This document shows, piece by piece, positions 7,928 through 16,720 of a stretch of 32,000 bases of DNA (position 1 is its first letter; each line of letters starts with the position of its first letter). The stretch lies in NCBI RefSeq assembly GCF_001735745.1, contig NZ_CP017260.1, positions 1,680,001 to 1,712,000 on the forward strand, given 5' to 3'. The DNA is from Formosa sp. Hel1_33_131 (lineage in GTDB: Bacteria; Bacteroidota; Bacteroidia; Flavobacteriales; Flavobacteriaceae). Below the pieces are notes generated by a model, which was given only the letters and a program-made list of their open reading frames with translations, was not told the origin of the DNA and made no database searches. Position numbers and translations under genes: made by a program.

Positions 7928-9475
7928 ATGAATAAAGAATTAATAATTCGATCCAATTCAGACAATGTTGATTTTGCCTTATTAAAAGATGGAAAACTAG
8001 TTGAATTTCAAAATGACGAAGATAATAGCAAATTTTCTGTTGGCGATGTGTTTTTAGCCAAAGTAAGAAAGTCTGTTCCGGGTCTCAACGCTGCATTTGT
8101 AAATGTAGGGTATCATAAAGATGCATTTTTGCATTACCATGATTTAGGGCCTAAGCTTCCAACATTGATGAAATTCATGAAACGTGTAAGCACAGGTAAA
8201 TTAAAAGATTACTCTTTAAAAAACTTTACTTTTGAAGAAGACATTAAAAAAGATGGTAGTATTGACGAAATTATAAAGTCAAACCAATCTATTTTGGTTC
8301 AAATTGCAAAAGAACCAATCTCAACAAAGGGACCTAGAATTAGTTCCGAAATTTCACTTGCTGGCCGCTATTTGGTACTTGTTCCGTTTTCAGATCGCAT
8401 CTCAATTTCTCAAAAAATTGAAAGTAGATCCGAAAAAGAACGCCTAAAGCGCCTTGTAAGAAGCATTACTCCCAAAGGATTTGGAGTCATCATACGCACT
8501 GTAGCTACGGATAAAAAAGTTGCAGAACTAGATAAAGACCTTCAAGACTTATACACAAAATGGGAATCTATTTGTAAAGCGATACCGCGCGCCCATACAC
8601 CAAGTAAAGTACTCGGTGAAATGAATAAAGCGTCCTCTATTCTTAGAGACATTTTCAATGATACCTTTACAGGTATTACGGTCGATGACGATTTGCTTTT
8701 TAATCAAATTAAAGATTATGTTCATGAAATTGCACCTCACAAAGAGGCGATTGTGAAGTATCACAATCCAAAAACACCCATTTTTGAAAAATTTGGGATC
8801 GAAAGACAAATCAAAACTTCATTTGGAAAAACCGTTTCAATGGCGCGTGGTGCCTATTTAATTATAGAGCACACAGAAGCCCTTCACGTGGTAGATGTCA
8901 ATAGCGGAAACCGTTCAAGTAAAGAAAGAAACCAAGAAGCGACTGCTTTAGAAGTCAATATCCTTGCTGCAACCGAACTCGCACGCCAATTTAGATTGCG
9001 TGATATGGGCGGTATTATTGTAGTGGATTTTATTGACATGAACAGAGCAGAGAATCGCAAAAAACTCTTCGATCATCTTAGAGATGAGATGAAAGACGAT
9101 AGAGCCAAACACAAAATATTACCTCCAAGCAAGTTTGGGTTAATTCAAATCACAAGACAACGTGTTCGACCAGAAATGAACATTAAGACCAAGGAAGCGA
9201 ATCCTAATGGTACTAATGGCGCTGAAGTGGAAGCACCAATTGTTCTGATTGATAAAATTAATCACCAGCTGGACCAAATTATGAAAAAAGGCTATAAAAA
9301 AGTGACTTTAAACACACACCCTTTTATAGCAGCCTTTATTACAAAAGGCTTCCCATCCATACGTTCGAAATGGTATTTTGAACATAAAAAATGGGTTAAA
9401 GTAATGCCAAGAGATGCTTACACATATCTGGAATTTCATTTTAAAAATGAAAATGGCAAAACCATTAAACTGTAA
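7928..9475 (+). CDS. rng: Ribonuclease E/G family endoribonuclease
   Basis: S1 domain (GDVFLAKVRKSVPGLNAAFVNVG) and catalytic-core motifs (HVVDVNSGN, GGIIVVDFIDM). The preferred start is ATG 7928 (MNKELIIRS...). The track's extra 21 codons look non-coding. Confidence 0.88.
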   Translation: MNKELIIRSNSDNVDFALLKDGKLVEFQNDEDNSKFSVGDVFLAKVRKSVPGLNAAFVNVGYHKDAFLHYHDLGPKLPTLMKFMKRVSTGKLKDYSLKNFTFEEDIKKDGSIDEIIKSNQSILVQIAKEPISTKGPRISSEISLAGRYLVLVPFSDRISISQKIESRSEKERLKRLVRSITPKGFGVIIRTVATDKKVAELDKDLQDLYTKWESICKAIPRAHTPSKVLGEMNKASSILRDIFNDTFTGITVDDDLLFNQIKDYVHEIAPHKEAIVKYHNPKTPIFEKFGIERQIKTSFGKTVSMARGAYLIIEHTEALHVVDVNSGNRSSKERNQEATALEVNILAATELARQFRLRDMGGIIVVDFIDMNRAENRKKLFDHLRDEMKDDRAKHKILPPSKFGLIQITRQRVRPEMNIKTKEANPNGTNGAEVEAPIVLIDKINHQLDQIMKKGYKKVTLNTHPFIAAFITKGFPSIRSKWYFEHKKWVKVMPRDAYTYLEFHFKNENGKTIKL

Positions 9476-9508
9476 AAAAGTCCCGCAATTTGCGGGACTT
9501 TTTTTTTT
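9476..9508 (+). terminator. Rho-independent terminator after rng
   Basis: agtcccgca (9479-9487), loop att, tgcgggact (9491-9499), followed by a T-run to 9508. It begins right after the stop codon. Confidence 0.85.
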
Positions 9509-9525
9509 GGATTTTTTTTATGTAC

Positions 9526-9566
9526 TGAGAAGTCAGGAGACTTCGCAGAGCGGGTTGACTTCGTCG
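9526..9566 (+). repeat. Copy A of a short hairpin-containing dispersed repeat
   Basis: The core gaagtcaggagacttcgcagagcggg (9529-9554) matches 10178-10203 at 25 of 26 positions. It contains the inverted repeat gaagtc/gacttc around the loop agga. Weaker similarity continues ~15 nt further. Confidence 0.8.
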
Positions 9567-9596
9567 AATCTTCGATTTCGCGCACCAGCGGTTATT

Positions 9597-10109
9597 TTAT
9601 TCTCTTTTATAAATTAAGAGATATCCAGTATTTTCATTTATCACTAATGAGTCATTTTGCATAAACTTAATTTCCTTTTTAATGGGTTTTTGATAGTAAA
9701 ATCCGTCTTTAGATTTTTTTGAAATTACTTTGTATTTTTTAAGCGATTTTAAATGTTTGTCATTTGGAGAAATTCTCATTCTTAACCGAAGGTTATTTTC
9801 ATTAATTTCCCAAAATCCAGATTCAGATTCTTTTCCTTTTAAGTAATTAATATATTCACCATTTTCTCCAAGAAACATATCAGGCCTTTGTATTTTTTCA
9901 ATTCCACTTAACCCCAAAGATTTCATTTGAGGAGAGAGTTTAAACTTTCTTTCCGTAATAATTTTTCCAGTTGTATCAATCATGTTTATGAAATTCCATT
10001 TCCCAATTATTTCATTTTTTGTAATTTCTTGCGATGAAATGTTTAGTGTTACCAAAAATAATAAAACTCCTATTATGTTTTTCATATTCAGTTTTTTAAT
10101 TGTTGCCAA
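9597..10109 (-). CDS. Hypothetical secreted protein (orphan; possibly a lipocalin-like small beta-barrel)
   Basis: 170 aa, or 162 aa from the alternative ATG at 10085. Signal peptide: MKNIIGVLLFLVTLNISSQE. The protein is Lys/Asn-rich and contains an IIGKWNF motif. Sampled 60-nt lines run about 23% GC, against about 40% in neighbouring genes. I recognise no family with confidence. Confidence 0.55.
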   Translation of the reverse strand: MATIKKLNMKNIIGVLLFLVTLNISSQEITKNEIIGKWNFINMIDTTGKIITERKFKLSPQMKSLGLSGIEKIQRPDMFLGENGEYINYLKGKESESGFWEINENNLRLRMRISPNDKHLKSLKKYKVISKKSKDGFYYQKPIKKEIKFMQNDSLVINENTGYLLIYKRE

Positions 10110-10174
10110 TATGTTATATGGAAAATAAACTTCATGTTTTTCAGTTTGTAAACCAATCTTATCTTTTTATTTCT

Positions 10175-10215
10175 TGCGAAGTCAGGAGACTTCGAAGAGC
10201 GGGGTCTTCATCACT
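10175..10215 (+). repeat. Copy B of the short hairpin-containing dispersed repeat
   Basis: The core gaagtcaggagacttcgaagagcggg (10178-10203) is in the same orientation as copy A. The stem here is 7 bp (cgaagtc/gacttcg). Confidence 0.8.
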
Positions 10216-10347
10216 CAAACTTATGACATATTTTTAAATCCCCCAAAAAATAGGCGGCAAATTTCAATTTAAACAGCTGACAGTTAATTACTTACTTTTT
10301 GAAATAAATAAATTATTGAGGTGGAAAACCCTCAAAATTTCGCACAC

Positions 10348-10383
10348 AAAAAAACGCCTGTGAAGCAAACCTCACAGGCGTTT
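10348..10383 (-). terminator. Rho-independent terminator after leuB (hairpin is potentially bidirectional)
   Basis: aaacgcctgtga (10352-10363) pairs with tcacaggcgttt (10372-10383) around an 8-nt loop. On the minus strand the hairpin is followed by a U-run (the complement of the A-run 10348-10354). It lies 49 nt downstream of the leuB stop. Confidence 0.8.
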
Positions 10384-10431
10384 ATTTGTTTTAATGCTTA
10401 TTGCGGTCAACTGCAATAGAAAAACTCAGAC

Positions 10432-11550
10432 TTATATAATCGTTGACTGTCCCAAATGCATATTTGTAAAATTCAGATTGGAATCGTCCGGGTTGTTAAT
10501 GTAATCCTCAATAAAATCACCCACTTTAGAAGTCGTGATATTATCAAATTTAGTATTCAAATCCGGTGTTGTAATGTTGAGTTGCAAAGATTTTTCAACC
10601 GCCGTTCGTATCAATTCAGCCTCTTTAAAAAGCTCAAAATGATCCAGCATCATCGCAGCAGATAAGATCGACGCAATTGGATTTGCGATCCCTTTACCTT
10701 CCGCTTGTGGATACGAGCCATGGATGGGCTCAAACATCGAATGCACGTCACCAACAGACGCTGACGCCAACAAGCCTATAGAACCTCCAATAACACTCGC
10801 TTCGTCGCTAATCACGTCTCCAAACAAGTTCTCGGTTAGGATCACGTCAAACTGTGTGGGGTTCAAAATCATTTGCATGGCGGCATTGTCCACAAACAAG
10901 AAATCCAATTCAATTTCTGGATATTCCTTCGCGAGTTCACCAACGACTTTACGCCATAATCGCGACGTTTCTAGCACATTTGCTTTGTCAATCAAAGTCA
11001 CTTTTTGGCGTCTTGATTTGGCTGCAACAAAAGCCAAATGCGCAATGCGTTCTATTTCATAGCGTGAGTACTCACACAAATCAGAAGCCGTGTTTCCATC
11101 GGCACTGAGTTTCTTTTCACCAAAATAAATACCTCCCGTTAACTCTCTGTAAATACTGATATCCGTTCCTTGAATTCTGTCTTTCTTCAGAGGCGATTTG
11201 TTCAGCAAAGTATCGTATGCTTTCACCGGTCTTACATTTGCGTATAAGCCCAATTCTTTACGAAGTTTTAGAAGTCCCTGTTCCGGGCGTACTTTTGCCG
11301 TAGGATCATTGTCGTACTTTGGATGTCCAATCGCACCAAATAAGATGGAGTCGTTGGCTTTACAAATATCCAGTGTGCTTTCTGGAAGCGGATCACCAAC
11401 GAGGTCAATAGCCATGGCACCCACGGGCGCAGGGGTAAATTTAAAATTGTGATCAAAGTTGACCGCAATGGCTTTCAATACTTTTACAGCTTGTTCCGTC
11501 ACTTCCGGTCCAATACCATCTCCTGATAATACAGCGATTTTTAAGTTCAT
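10432..11550 (-). CDS. leuB: 3-isopropylmalate dehydrogenase
   Basis: Motifs LSGDGIGPEV and NLFGDVISDEAS. The preferred start is ATG 11550 (MNLKIAVLSGDG), 1 nt after the leuD stop. The track start at 11574 would overlap leuD by 23 nt. Confidence 0.92.
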   Translation of the reverse strand: MNLKIAVLSGDGIGPEVTEQAVKVLKAIAVNFDHNFKFTPAPVGAMAIDLVGDPLPESTLDICKANDSILFGAIGHPKYDNDPTAKVRPEQGLLKLRKELGLYANVRPVKAYDTLLNKSPLKKDRIQGTDISIYRELTGGIYFGEKKLSADGNTASDLCEYSRYEIERIAHLAFVAAKSRRQKVTLIDKANVLETSRLWRKVVGELAKEYPEIELDFLFVDNAAMQMILNPTQFDVILTENLFGDVISDEASVIGGSIGLLASASVGDVHSMFEPIHGSYPQAEGKGIANPIASILSAAMMLDHFELFKEAELIRTAVEKSLQLNITTPDLNTKFDNITTSKVGDFIEDYINNPDDSNLNFTNMHLGQSTII

Positions 11551-11551
11551 A

Positions 11552-12142
11552 TCAATAGGTTTTTTGAAGCTCAAAAGCTTCGATAAGTTCTTTTTTACTT
11601 AATAAATAATCAATGTCATCATAGCCATTAATCATACATGTTTTTTTGTAAGGATCAATCTCAAAACCTTCGCTTAAGTCGGTTCCTTTGATGCTGATGG
11701 TTTGTGTTTCTAAATTGACTTCAAACTGAGTGTTTGCATCGGTTTCAATCGCTGCAAAGAGTTGGCTTAAAAACCCTTCAGAAACTTGAACGGGTAACAA
11801 GCCATTATTTAAAGCATTTCCTTTAAAAATATCCGCAAAAAAACTGGATACAATGACTTTGAATCCAAAGCCAACAAGGGCCCAAGCGGCATGTTCACGA
11901 CTGGAGCCACAGCCAAAATTATCGCCTGCAATGAGAATACTTCCAGAGTAAATGGGGTTGTTTAGTGTGAATTCTGCATTCGAATTTCCGAGTTTGTCAA
12001 AACGCCAATCTCTAAATACATTGTCTCCAAATCCTTTTTTATTTGTTGCTTTTAAAAAACGTGCAGGGATGATTTGATCGGTATCTACATTTGCAATGTT
12101 TAATGGAATTGCTTGTGCAGTGTGTGTGGTAAATTTTTCCAT
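11552..12142 (-). CDS. leuD: 3-isopropylmalate dehydratase small subunit
   Basis: 196 aa with the [13 protein letters not shown] motif. Its start overlaps the leuC stop by 1 nt (TAATG). Confidence 0.92.
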   Translation of the reverse strand: MEKFTTHTAQAIPLNIANVDTDQIIPARFLKATNKKGFGDNVFRDWRFDKLGNSNAEFTLNNPIYSGSILIAGDNFGCGSSREHAAWALVGFGFKVIVSSFFADIFKGNALNNGLLPVQVSEGFLSQLFAAIETDANTQFEVNLETQTISIKGTDLSEGFEIDPYKKTCMINGYDDIDYLLSKKELIEAFELQKTY

Positions 12143-13524
12143 TAATTTAATTGTTTTGTGATGTCTATAATTTTTCCTTCAATCGCGGTTGCGGCAGCCA
12201 CTAAGGGGCTTGCCAAAATGGTTCTTGACCCTTGACCTTGACGTCCTTCAAAATTTCGATTCGAGGTGGAAACGCAATATTCGTTTTGTGGAATTTTATC
12301 GTCATTCATTGCCAAACAGGCAGAACATCCGGGCTGTCTCAATTCAAAACCAGCGTCGTTAAAAATGTCTTTCAATCCTTCGGCAATAATTTGAGTTTCG
12401 ACTTGCTTGCTACCAGGAACCAACCATGCCGTGACATTATCGGCTTTTCGTTTGCCTTTGATATAATCGGCAGCCACTCTAAAATCTTCAATTCTTGAAT
12501 TCGTACAACTTCCAATAAATACAAAATTTATAGGCGTATCAATCAGTGATTTGCCTGCTTCAAAATTCATATACTCTAATGATTTCTTAAAAGAAGGATC
12601 GTTTACAACCGGAATTGTTTCCGAAATTTTTATGCCCATTCCTGGGTTGGTACCGTAAGTCACCATCGGTTCAATATCCTCCGCATCAAAATAATATTCT
12701 TTATCAAATGCCGCGCCCTCATCTGTTGGAAGTGTTTTCCAATAGGCAACTTTGGCGTCAAAAGCGGCGTCTTTAGGAGCAAACTCACGGTCTTTAACAT
12801 AGTCAAAAGTAGTCTCGTCTGGTGCAATCATTCCACCTCGAGCGCCCATTTCAATACTCATATTACAGACGGTCATCCGACCTTCCATACTCATATTTTC
12901 AAAGACATCTCCAGCATATTCACAAAAATAACCAGTTCCAGAGTTGGTACCCAATTTAGAAATGATATATAAGATGACATCTTTTGAAAGCACGCCATTT
13001 TTAAGTGTACCATTGACGGTGACACGTAAGCTTTTTGGTTTGGATAACAACAAACATTGACTTGCAAACACTTGTGCCACCTGACTGGTTCCAATCCCAA
13101 AAGCGATGGTTCCAAAAGCGCCGTGTGTGGAAGTGTGACTGTCGCCACAAACCATGGTCATCCCCGGTTGGGTGATGCCCAATTCAGGTGCCATCACATG
13201 AACAATGCCATTGTATTTATGGCCTAATTCGTAAAGCGTAATATTATTGTCTTTGCAGTTTTCAGACAGCTGTGCGAGTTGTTTTCTCGATAGCTCATCT
13301 TTGATTGGCAAGTGCTGGTCCAAGGTTGGTGTGTTGTGATCGGCCGTTGCTACAATCTGATTCGGTCTAAACACAGGAATGTCTCTTTCAACCAATTCAT
13401 TAAACGCTTGTGGACTGGTCACTTCGTGTATCAAGTGCTTGTCTATGTATAAAACTTGGGGGCCGTCTTGAACTGTATCAACGACGTGAGCGTCCCAAAC
13501 TTTATCAAATAAGGTTTTTTTCAT
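12142..13524 (-). CDS. leuC: 3-isopropylmalate dehydratase large subunit
   Basis: 460 aa of the aconitase family, with [18 protein letters not shown] and GCSACL cluster-ligand motifs. Confidence 0.93.
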   Translation of the reverse strand: MKKTLFDKVWDAHVVDTVQDGPQVLYIDKHLIHEVTSPQAFNELVERDIPVFRPNQIVATADHNTPTLDQHLPIKDELSRKQLAQLSENCKDNNITLYELGHKYNGIVHVMAPELGITQPGMTMVCGDSHTSTHGAFGTIAFGIGTSQVAQVFASQCLLLSKPKSLRVTVNGTLKNGVLSKDVILYIISKLGTNSGTGYFCEYAGDVFENMSMEGRMTVCNMSIEMGARGGMIAPDETTFDYVKDREFAPKDAAFDAKVAYWKTLPTDEGAAFDKEYYFDAEDIEPMVTYGTNPGMGIKISETIPVVNDPSFKKSLEYMNFEAGKSLIDTPINFVFIGSCTNSRIEDFRVAADYIKGKRKADNVTAWLVPGSKQVETQIIAEGLKDIFNDAGFELRQPGCSACLAMNDDKIPQNEYCVSTSNRNFEGRQGQGSRTILASPLVAAATAIEGKIIDITKQLN

Positions 13525-13541
13525 AACTATAAGGATTCTAT

Positions 13542-14702
13542 TTATTTGTAAATCTTACTAGTTTCTATAATTTGATGAATATCAGAATCGATCACTTCTT
13601 TTTTGGTATCTGCAAAAGTTAAGAATTCTGCATATACAATATCCAATTCAAGTTTTGTGAGTTCAAAACCAACGTTTTTAGCTCGGTAAGCCAAGGCTGC
13701 ACGACCACTTCTGGCGGTAAGTACAATAGCGGATTCGGTCACTCCAACATCTTTAGGATCGATGATTTCATAAGTCTCACGATTTTTAATCACCCCATCT
13801 TGATGGATTCCAGAACTGTGCGCAAACGCATTGGCGCCTACAATGGCTTTGTTTGGTTGGGTATAAATTCCCATGCTTTCGGATACCAATTGACTGATGC
13901 CGTATAACATCGTCGTGTTAATATTGGTGTCTAAGTTTAAATACGGATGCTGTTTCAAAATCATGACCACTTCTTCCAAAGCCGTATTTCCAGCACGCTC
14001 TCCAATACCATTGATCGTACATTCTATTTGTCGGGCACCGTTAATGATTCCTTCGATAGAATTGGCAGTAGCCAGTCCTAAATCGTTATGACAATGACAA
14101 GAGATAATCGCCTTGTCAATTCCTTTTACATTTTCTTTTAGATACTTGATTTTAGCTCCATATTCCTGTGGTAAACAATAGCCTGTGGTATCTGGAATAT
14201 TTAAGACCGTTGCACCCGCTTTGATCACGGCTTCACACACGCGAGCCAAATATTCGTTGTCGGTACGTCCAGCATCTTCCGCATAAAACTCAACATCTTC
14301 TACAAAAGATTTAGCATAAGAAACGGCTCTTACGGCACGTTCAATAATCGCCTCTTTATTTGATTTGAATTTATGAATAATATGAGAATCTGAAGTCCCA
14401 ATACCTGTATGGATTCTAGGTTTTTTCGCATATTTAAGCGCTTCAGCAGCCACTTTAATATCGTTTTCTACCGACCGTGTCAATCCACAAACAGTGGCGT
14501 TTTTAACGATTTTCGAAATTTCTTCGACCGATTTAAAGTCTCCTGGGCTTGAAACCGGAAACCCTGCTTCAATAACGTCAACCCCTAATAAATCGAGTTG
14601 TTTGGCGATAATTATTTTCTGCGGTGTATTGAGCTTACAGCCAGGCACTTGCTCGCCATCGCGAAGTGTTGTGTCAAAGATTTGGATTTGTGTGTCAGAC
14701 AT
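13542..14702 (-). CDS. leuA: 2-isopropylmalate synthase, short form without a C-terminal LeuA regulatory domain (citramalate synthase not excluded)
   Basis: 386 aa. DRE-TIM catalytic motifs are present ([23 protein letters not shown]). It is the first gene of the leuA-C-D-B cluster. The length is about 120-130 aa shorter than canonical LeuA. Confidence 0.85.
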   Translation of the reverse strand: MSDTQIQIFDTTLRDGEQVPGCKLNTPQKIIIAKQLDLLGVDVIEAGFPVSSPGDFKSVEEISKIVKNATVCGLTRSVENDIKVAAEALKYAKKPRIHTGIGTSDSHIIHKFKSNKEAIIERAVRAVSYAKSFVEDVEFYAEDAGRTDNEYLARVCEAVIKAGATVLNIPDTTGYCLPQEYGAKIKYLKENVKGIDKAIISCHCHNDLGLATANSIEGIINGARQIECTINGIGERAGNTALEEVVMILKQHPYLNLDTNINTTMLYGISQLVSESMGIYTQPNKAIVGANAFAHSSGIHQDGVIKNRETYEIIDPKDVGVTESAIVLTARSGRAALAYRAKNVGFELTKLELDIVYAEFLTFADTKKEVIDSDIHQIIETSKIYK

Positions 14703-14849
14703 TTATTAGAATATATTTTTGTATTGTACTACGAATTTATATTTTGGTTCTTTCAAATGAGGCGTTGATCACATTCTATTACGATGTATAACTCCACAAT
14801 ATGTCAATTAAGCAGCTAATATACAACAATATGTGTCAATATTTATACT

Positions 14850-16400
14850 ATGACTAAAGAGCAAAAAGATAATTTATTTGTGCTAATAAAGTCGTTGTCC
14901 AAATCTGAGAAAAGACAATTTAAGCTTTACGTCGGCCGTTTAGGCGTAAATGAGGATTCTAAATTTTTATTGCTCTTTACGGTTTTACAGAAACTAAAAG
15001 TCTATAATGAAGTCGCGATTTTGAACCATGGCTTTGTGAAAAAAGAGCAATTATCAAATTTAAAAGCGCATTTGTATAAGCAGATATTAATCAGTTTACG
15101 ATTAAATCCATCCCATCAAAACATCAGAATTCAGATTCGAGAGCAATTGGATTTCGCCACTATTTTATACCACAAAGGGCTTTATACACAAAGTTTAAAA
15201 ATACTGGACAAAGCCAAGTCTTTGGCGATTGCAAATGAAGAAAAAAACATTGCCTACGAAATCATTGAATTGGAAAAAGTGATTGAAGGCCAATACATCA
15301 CTCGAAGTATTAGTAATAGGGCTGATGAATTAACAATTCAGGCCAAAGAGTTAAGTCAACAAAATTTATTGGCGAGTAAGCTGTCTAATTTATCACTTCA
15401 ATTGTATGGCGTATTTCTAAAAACGGGTTTTGTAAAACAAGCCTCCGAACACGAAAAAATCACTAAATATTTTAACGATCGATTGCCCGTATATAAAATT
15501 TCTGAGCTTGGATTTAGAGAAAAATTATGGCTCTACAAGTCTTATCTATGGTACAGTTTTCTTATTCAAGATTTTTTAGGCTGTTATAAATATTCAAAAA
15601 AATGGGTGAATCTTTTCCATGAACACTCAGGGATGATTAAGCTAAATCCTGTTTTTTTCCTGAACGGCTATCAAAATTTATTAGAAGCCTTGTTTTTTAT
15701 AAAACAACACGATAAGTTCAAGCAAACACTCACAAGTTTGATTGAAGTTACCAATGAAGATTGGTTTCCAAAAGACGATAATGTTCAGAGTCTTACCTTT
15801 TTGTATGTGGGCTCCAATAAGTTTAATGCACATTTTATGGAAGGCACTTTTAAAGAAGGACTTCACTTAATCCCCGAAGTTTTAGAGGGAATTCGCAAAC
15901 ATAAAACACGGATTGACGAACACCACGTCATGGTCTTTTATTATAAAATTGCGAGTTTGTATTTTGGAATTGGAGAGCATCAAAAATGCATTGATTTTTT
16001 AGATAAAATTATCAGCAATAAATCCCTTCAAATGCGTGAAGATCTGTTGTGTTTTTCTCGAATTTTAAATCTGGTGGCGCATTACGAAGCTGGTTTGGAT
16101 TATAATTTGGAGGTACTCATTAAAAGTACCTACAAGTTTTTGATTAAAATGGAAGATTTGTATTTAGTACAGAAAGAGATGATCACGTTTTTAAAGAAAT
16201 TAGGAGACATCTATCCGCAAGAAATAAAAGCCGCATTTAAGGAGTTACATGCCAAACTTAAGGTGTTTGAAGACGATCCTTATGAAAAACGTGCCTTTTT
16301 ATACTTGGATGTTTTATCGTGGCTTGAAAGTAGAATAGAAAATAAATCGGTAGAATCCATTATTAGACGAAAATTTTTATCTTTAAATAAAAATAATTAA
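14850..16400 (+). CDS. Uncharacterised all-helical protein (TPR-like/helical-repeat by composition)
   Basis: 516-aa ORF with no signal peptide and no TM segment. It is rich in amphipathic-helix sequence throughout. I recognise no catalytic or DNA-binding motif. It is divergent from leuA and ends 76 nt upstream of the SAM riboswitch. Confidence 0.6.
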   Translation: MTKEQKDNLFVLIKSLSKSEKRQFKLYVGRLGVNEDSKFLLLFTVLQKLKVYNEVAILNHGFVKKEQLSNLKAHLYKQILISLRLNPSHQNIRIQIREQLDFATILYHKGLYTQSLKILDKAKSLAIANEEKNIAYEIIELEKVIEGQYITRSISNRADELTIQAKELSQQNLLASKLSNLSLQLYGVFLKTGFVKQASEHEKITKYFNDRLPVYKISELGFREKLWLYKSYLWYSFLIQDFLGCYKYSKKWVNLFHEHSGMIKLNPVFFLNGYQNLLEALFFIKQHDKFKQTLTSLIEVTNEDWFPKDDNVQSLTFLYVGSNKFNAHFMEGTFKEGLHLIPEVLEGIRKHKTRIDEHHVMVFYYKIASLYFGIGEHQKCIDFLDKIISNKSLQMREDLLCFSRILNLVAHYEAGLDYNLEVLIKSTYKFLIKMEDLYLVQKEMITFLKKLGDIYPQEIKAAFKELHAKLKVFEDDPYEKRAFLYLDVLSWLESRIENKSVESIIRRKFLSLNKNN

Positions 16401-16416
16401 TATTTACCGAAAATAA

Positions 16417-16449
16417 TTTGGTTATTACAATTTTATTATTGAATATTTG
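16417..16449 (+). promoter_or_regulatory. Candidate promoter for the riboswitch-led sulfur operon
   Basis: TTTG at 16417-16420, then AATATTTG at 16442-16449 (one mismatch to TAnnTTTG) after 21 nt. This sits about 25-30 nt upstream of riboswitch P1. Confidence 0.35.
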
Positions 16450-16475
16450 CACCAACAAAGTTCAATAGCTTACTG

Positions 16476-16600
16476 AGATGTTATCAAGAAAGGTGGAGGG
16501 ATTAGACCCGCTGAAGCCTTAGCAACCCTTTATTCATAAAGAAGGTGCTAAATTCTACTTGATTTTTGATTCATTTATCAAAAATTAGATAGATAACTTA
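16476..16600 (+). promoter_or_regulatory. SAM-I (S-box) riboswitch aptamer
   Basis: gTTATCAAGAAAGGTGGAGGGAttaGACCCgcTGAAgCCttaGCAACCctttattcataaagaaGGTGCTAAATTCta...ttagatAGATAAC reproduces the conserved S-box core (AUCAAGAG-GGNGGAGGGA, GCAACC, GGUGCUAAAU). The P1 stem pairs gttatc (16480-16485) with gataac (16592-16597). Confidence 0.9.
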
Positions 16601-16603
16601 AAC

Positions 16604-16636
16604 CTAATTACAGTTCTGTAATTAGAATTTCTTTAT
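16604..16636 (+). terminator. Riboswitch expression-platform terminator
   Basis: ctaattaca (16604-16612), loop gttc, tgtaattag (16617-16625), followed by the T-rich aatttctttat. It lies directly 3' of the aptamer and 85 nt upstream of the metY ATG. Confidence 0.7.
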
Positions 16637-16720
16637 AACATTTTTCTAATAAGTACACTTTTCACAAAGTGCATTTGGCTTTTGGTTTAATTAATGTATT
16701 AACTCAAAAAAACTAGAAAA

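Noticed and set aside
9555-9587. tRNA-like 3' end (…tcgaatcttcgatttcgcgcacca) next to repeat copy A, suggesting a tRNA fragment or att site
   Set aside because: I could not fold a T-arm or acceptor stem from the surrounding sequence. There is no cloverleaf and no integrase nearby. The resemblance rests only on a GAATC-like string and a terminal CACCA.
10118-10237. 39-codon plus-strand ORF spanning repeat copy B in the long leuB-distal non-coding region
   Set aside because: Repeat copy A is not in an equivalent open frame, so the repeat is not a coding module. The ORF has no supportive context and its composition is typical of random AT-rich sequence.
10456-11468. Cluster of 66-112 aa ORFs on both strands inside the leuB region
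   Set aside because: All overlap the well-supported leuB frame, which carries diagnostic isopropylmalate dehydrogenase motifs. They are shadow ORFs.
14703-14849. Leucine leader peptide, attenuator or T-box upstream of leuA
   Set aside because: There is no Leu-codon-rich mini-ORF, no terminator/antiterminator pair, and no T-box sequence on the minus strand of this 147-bp region.
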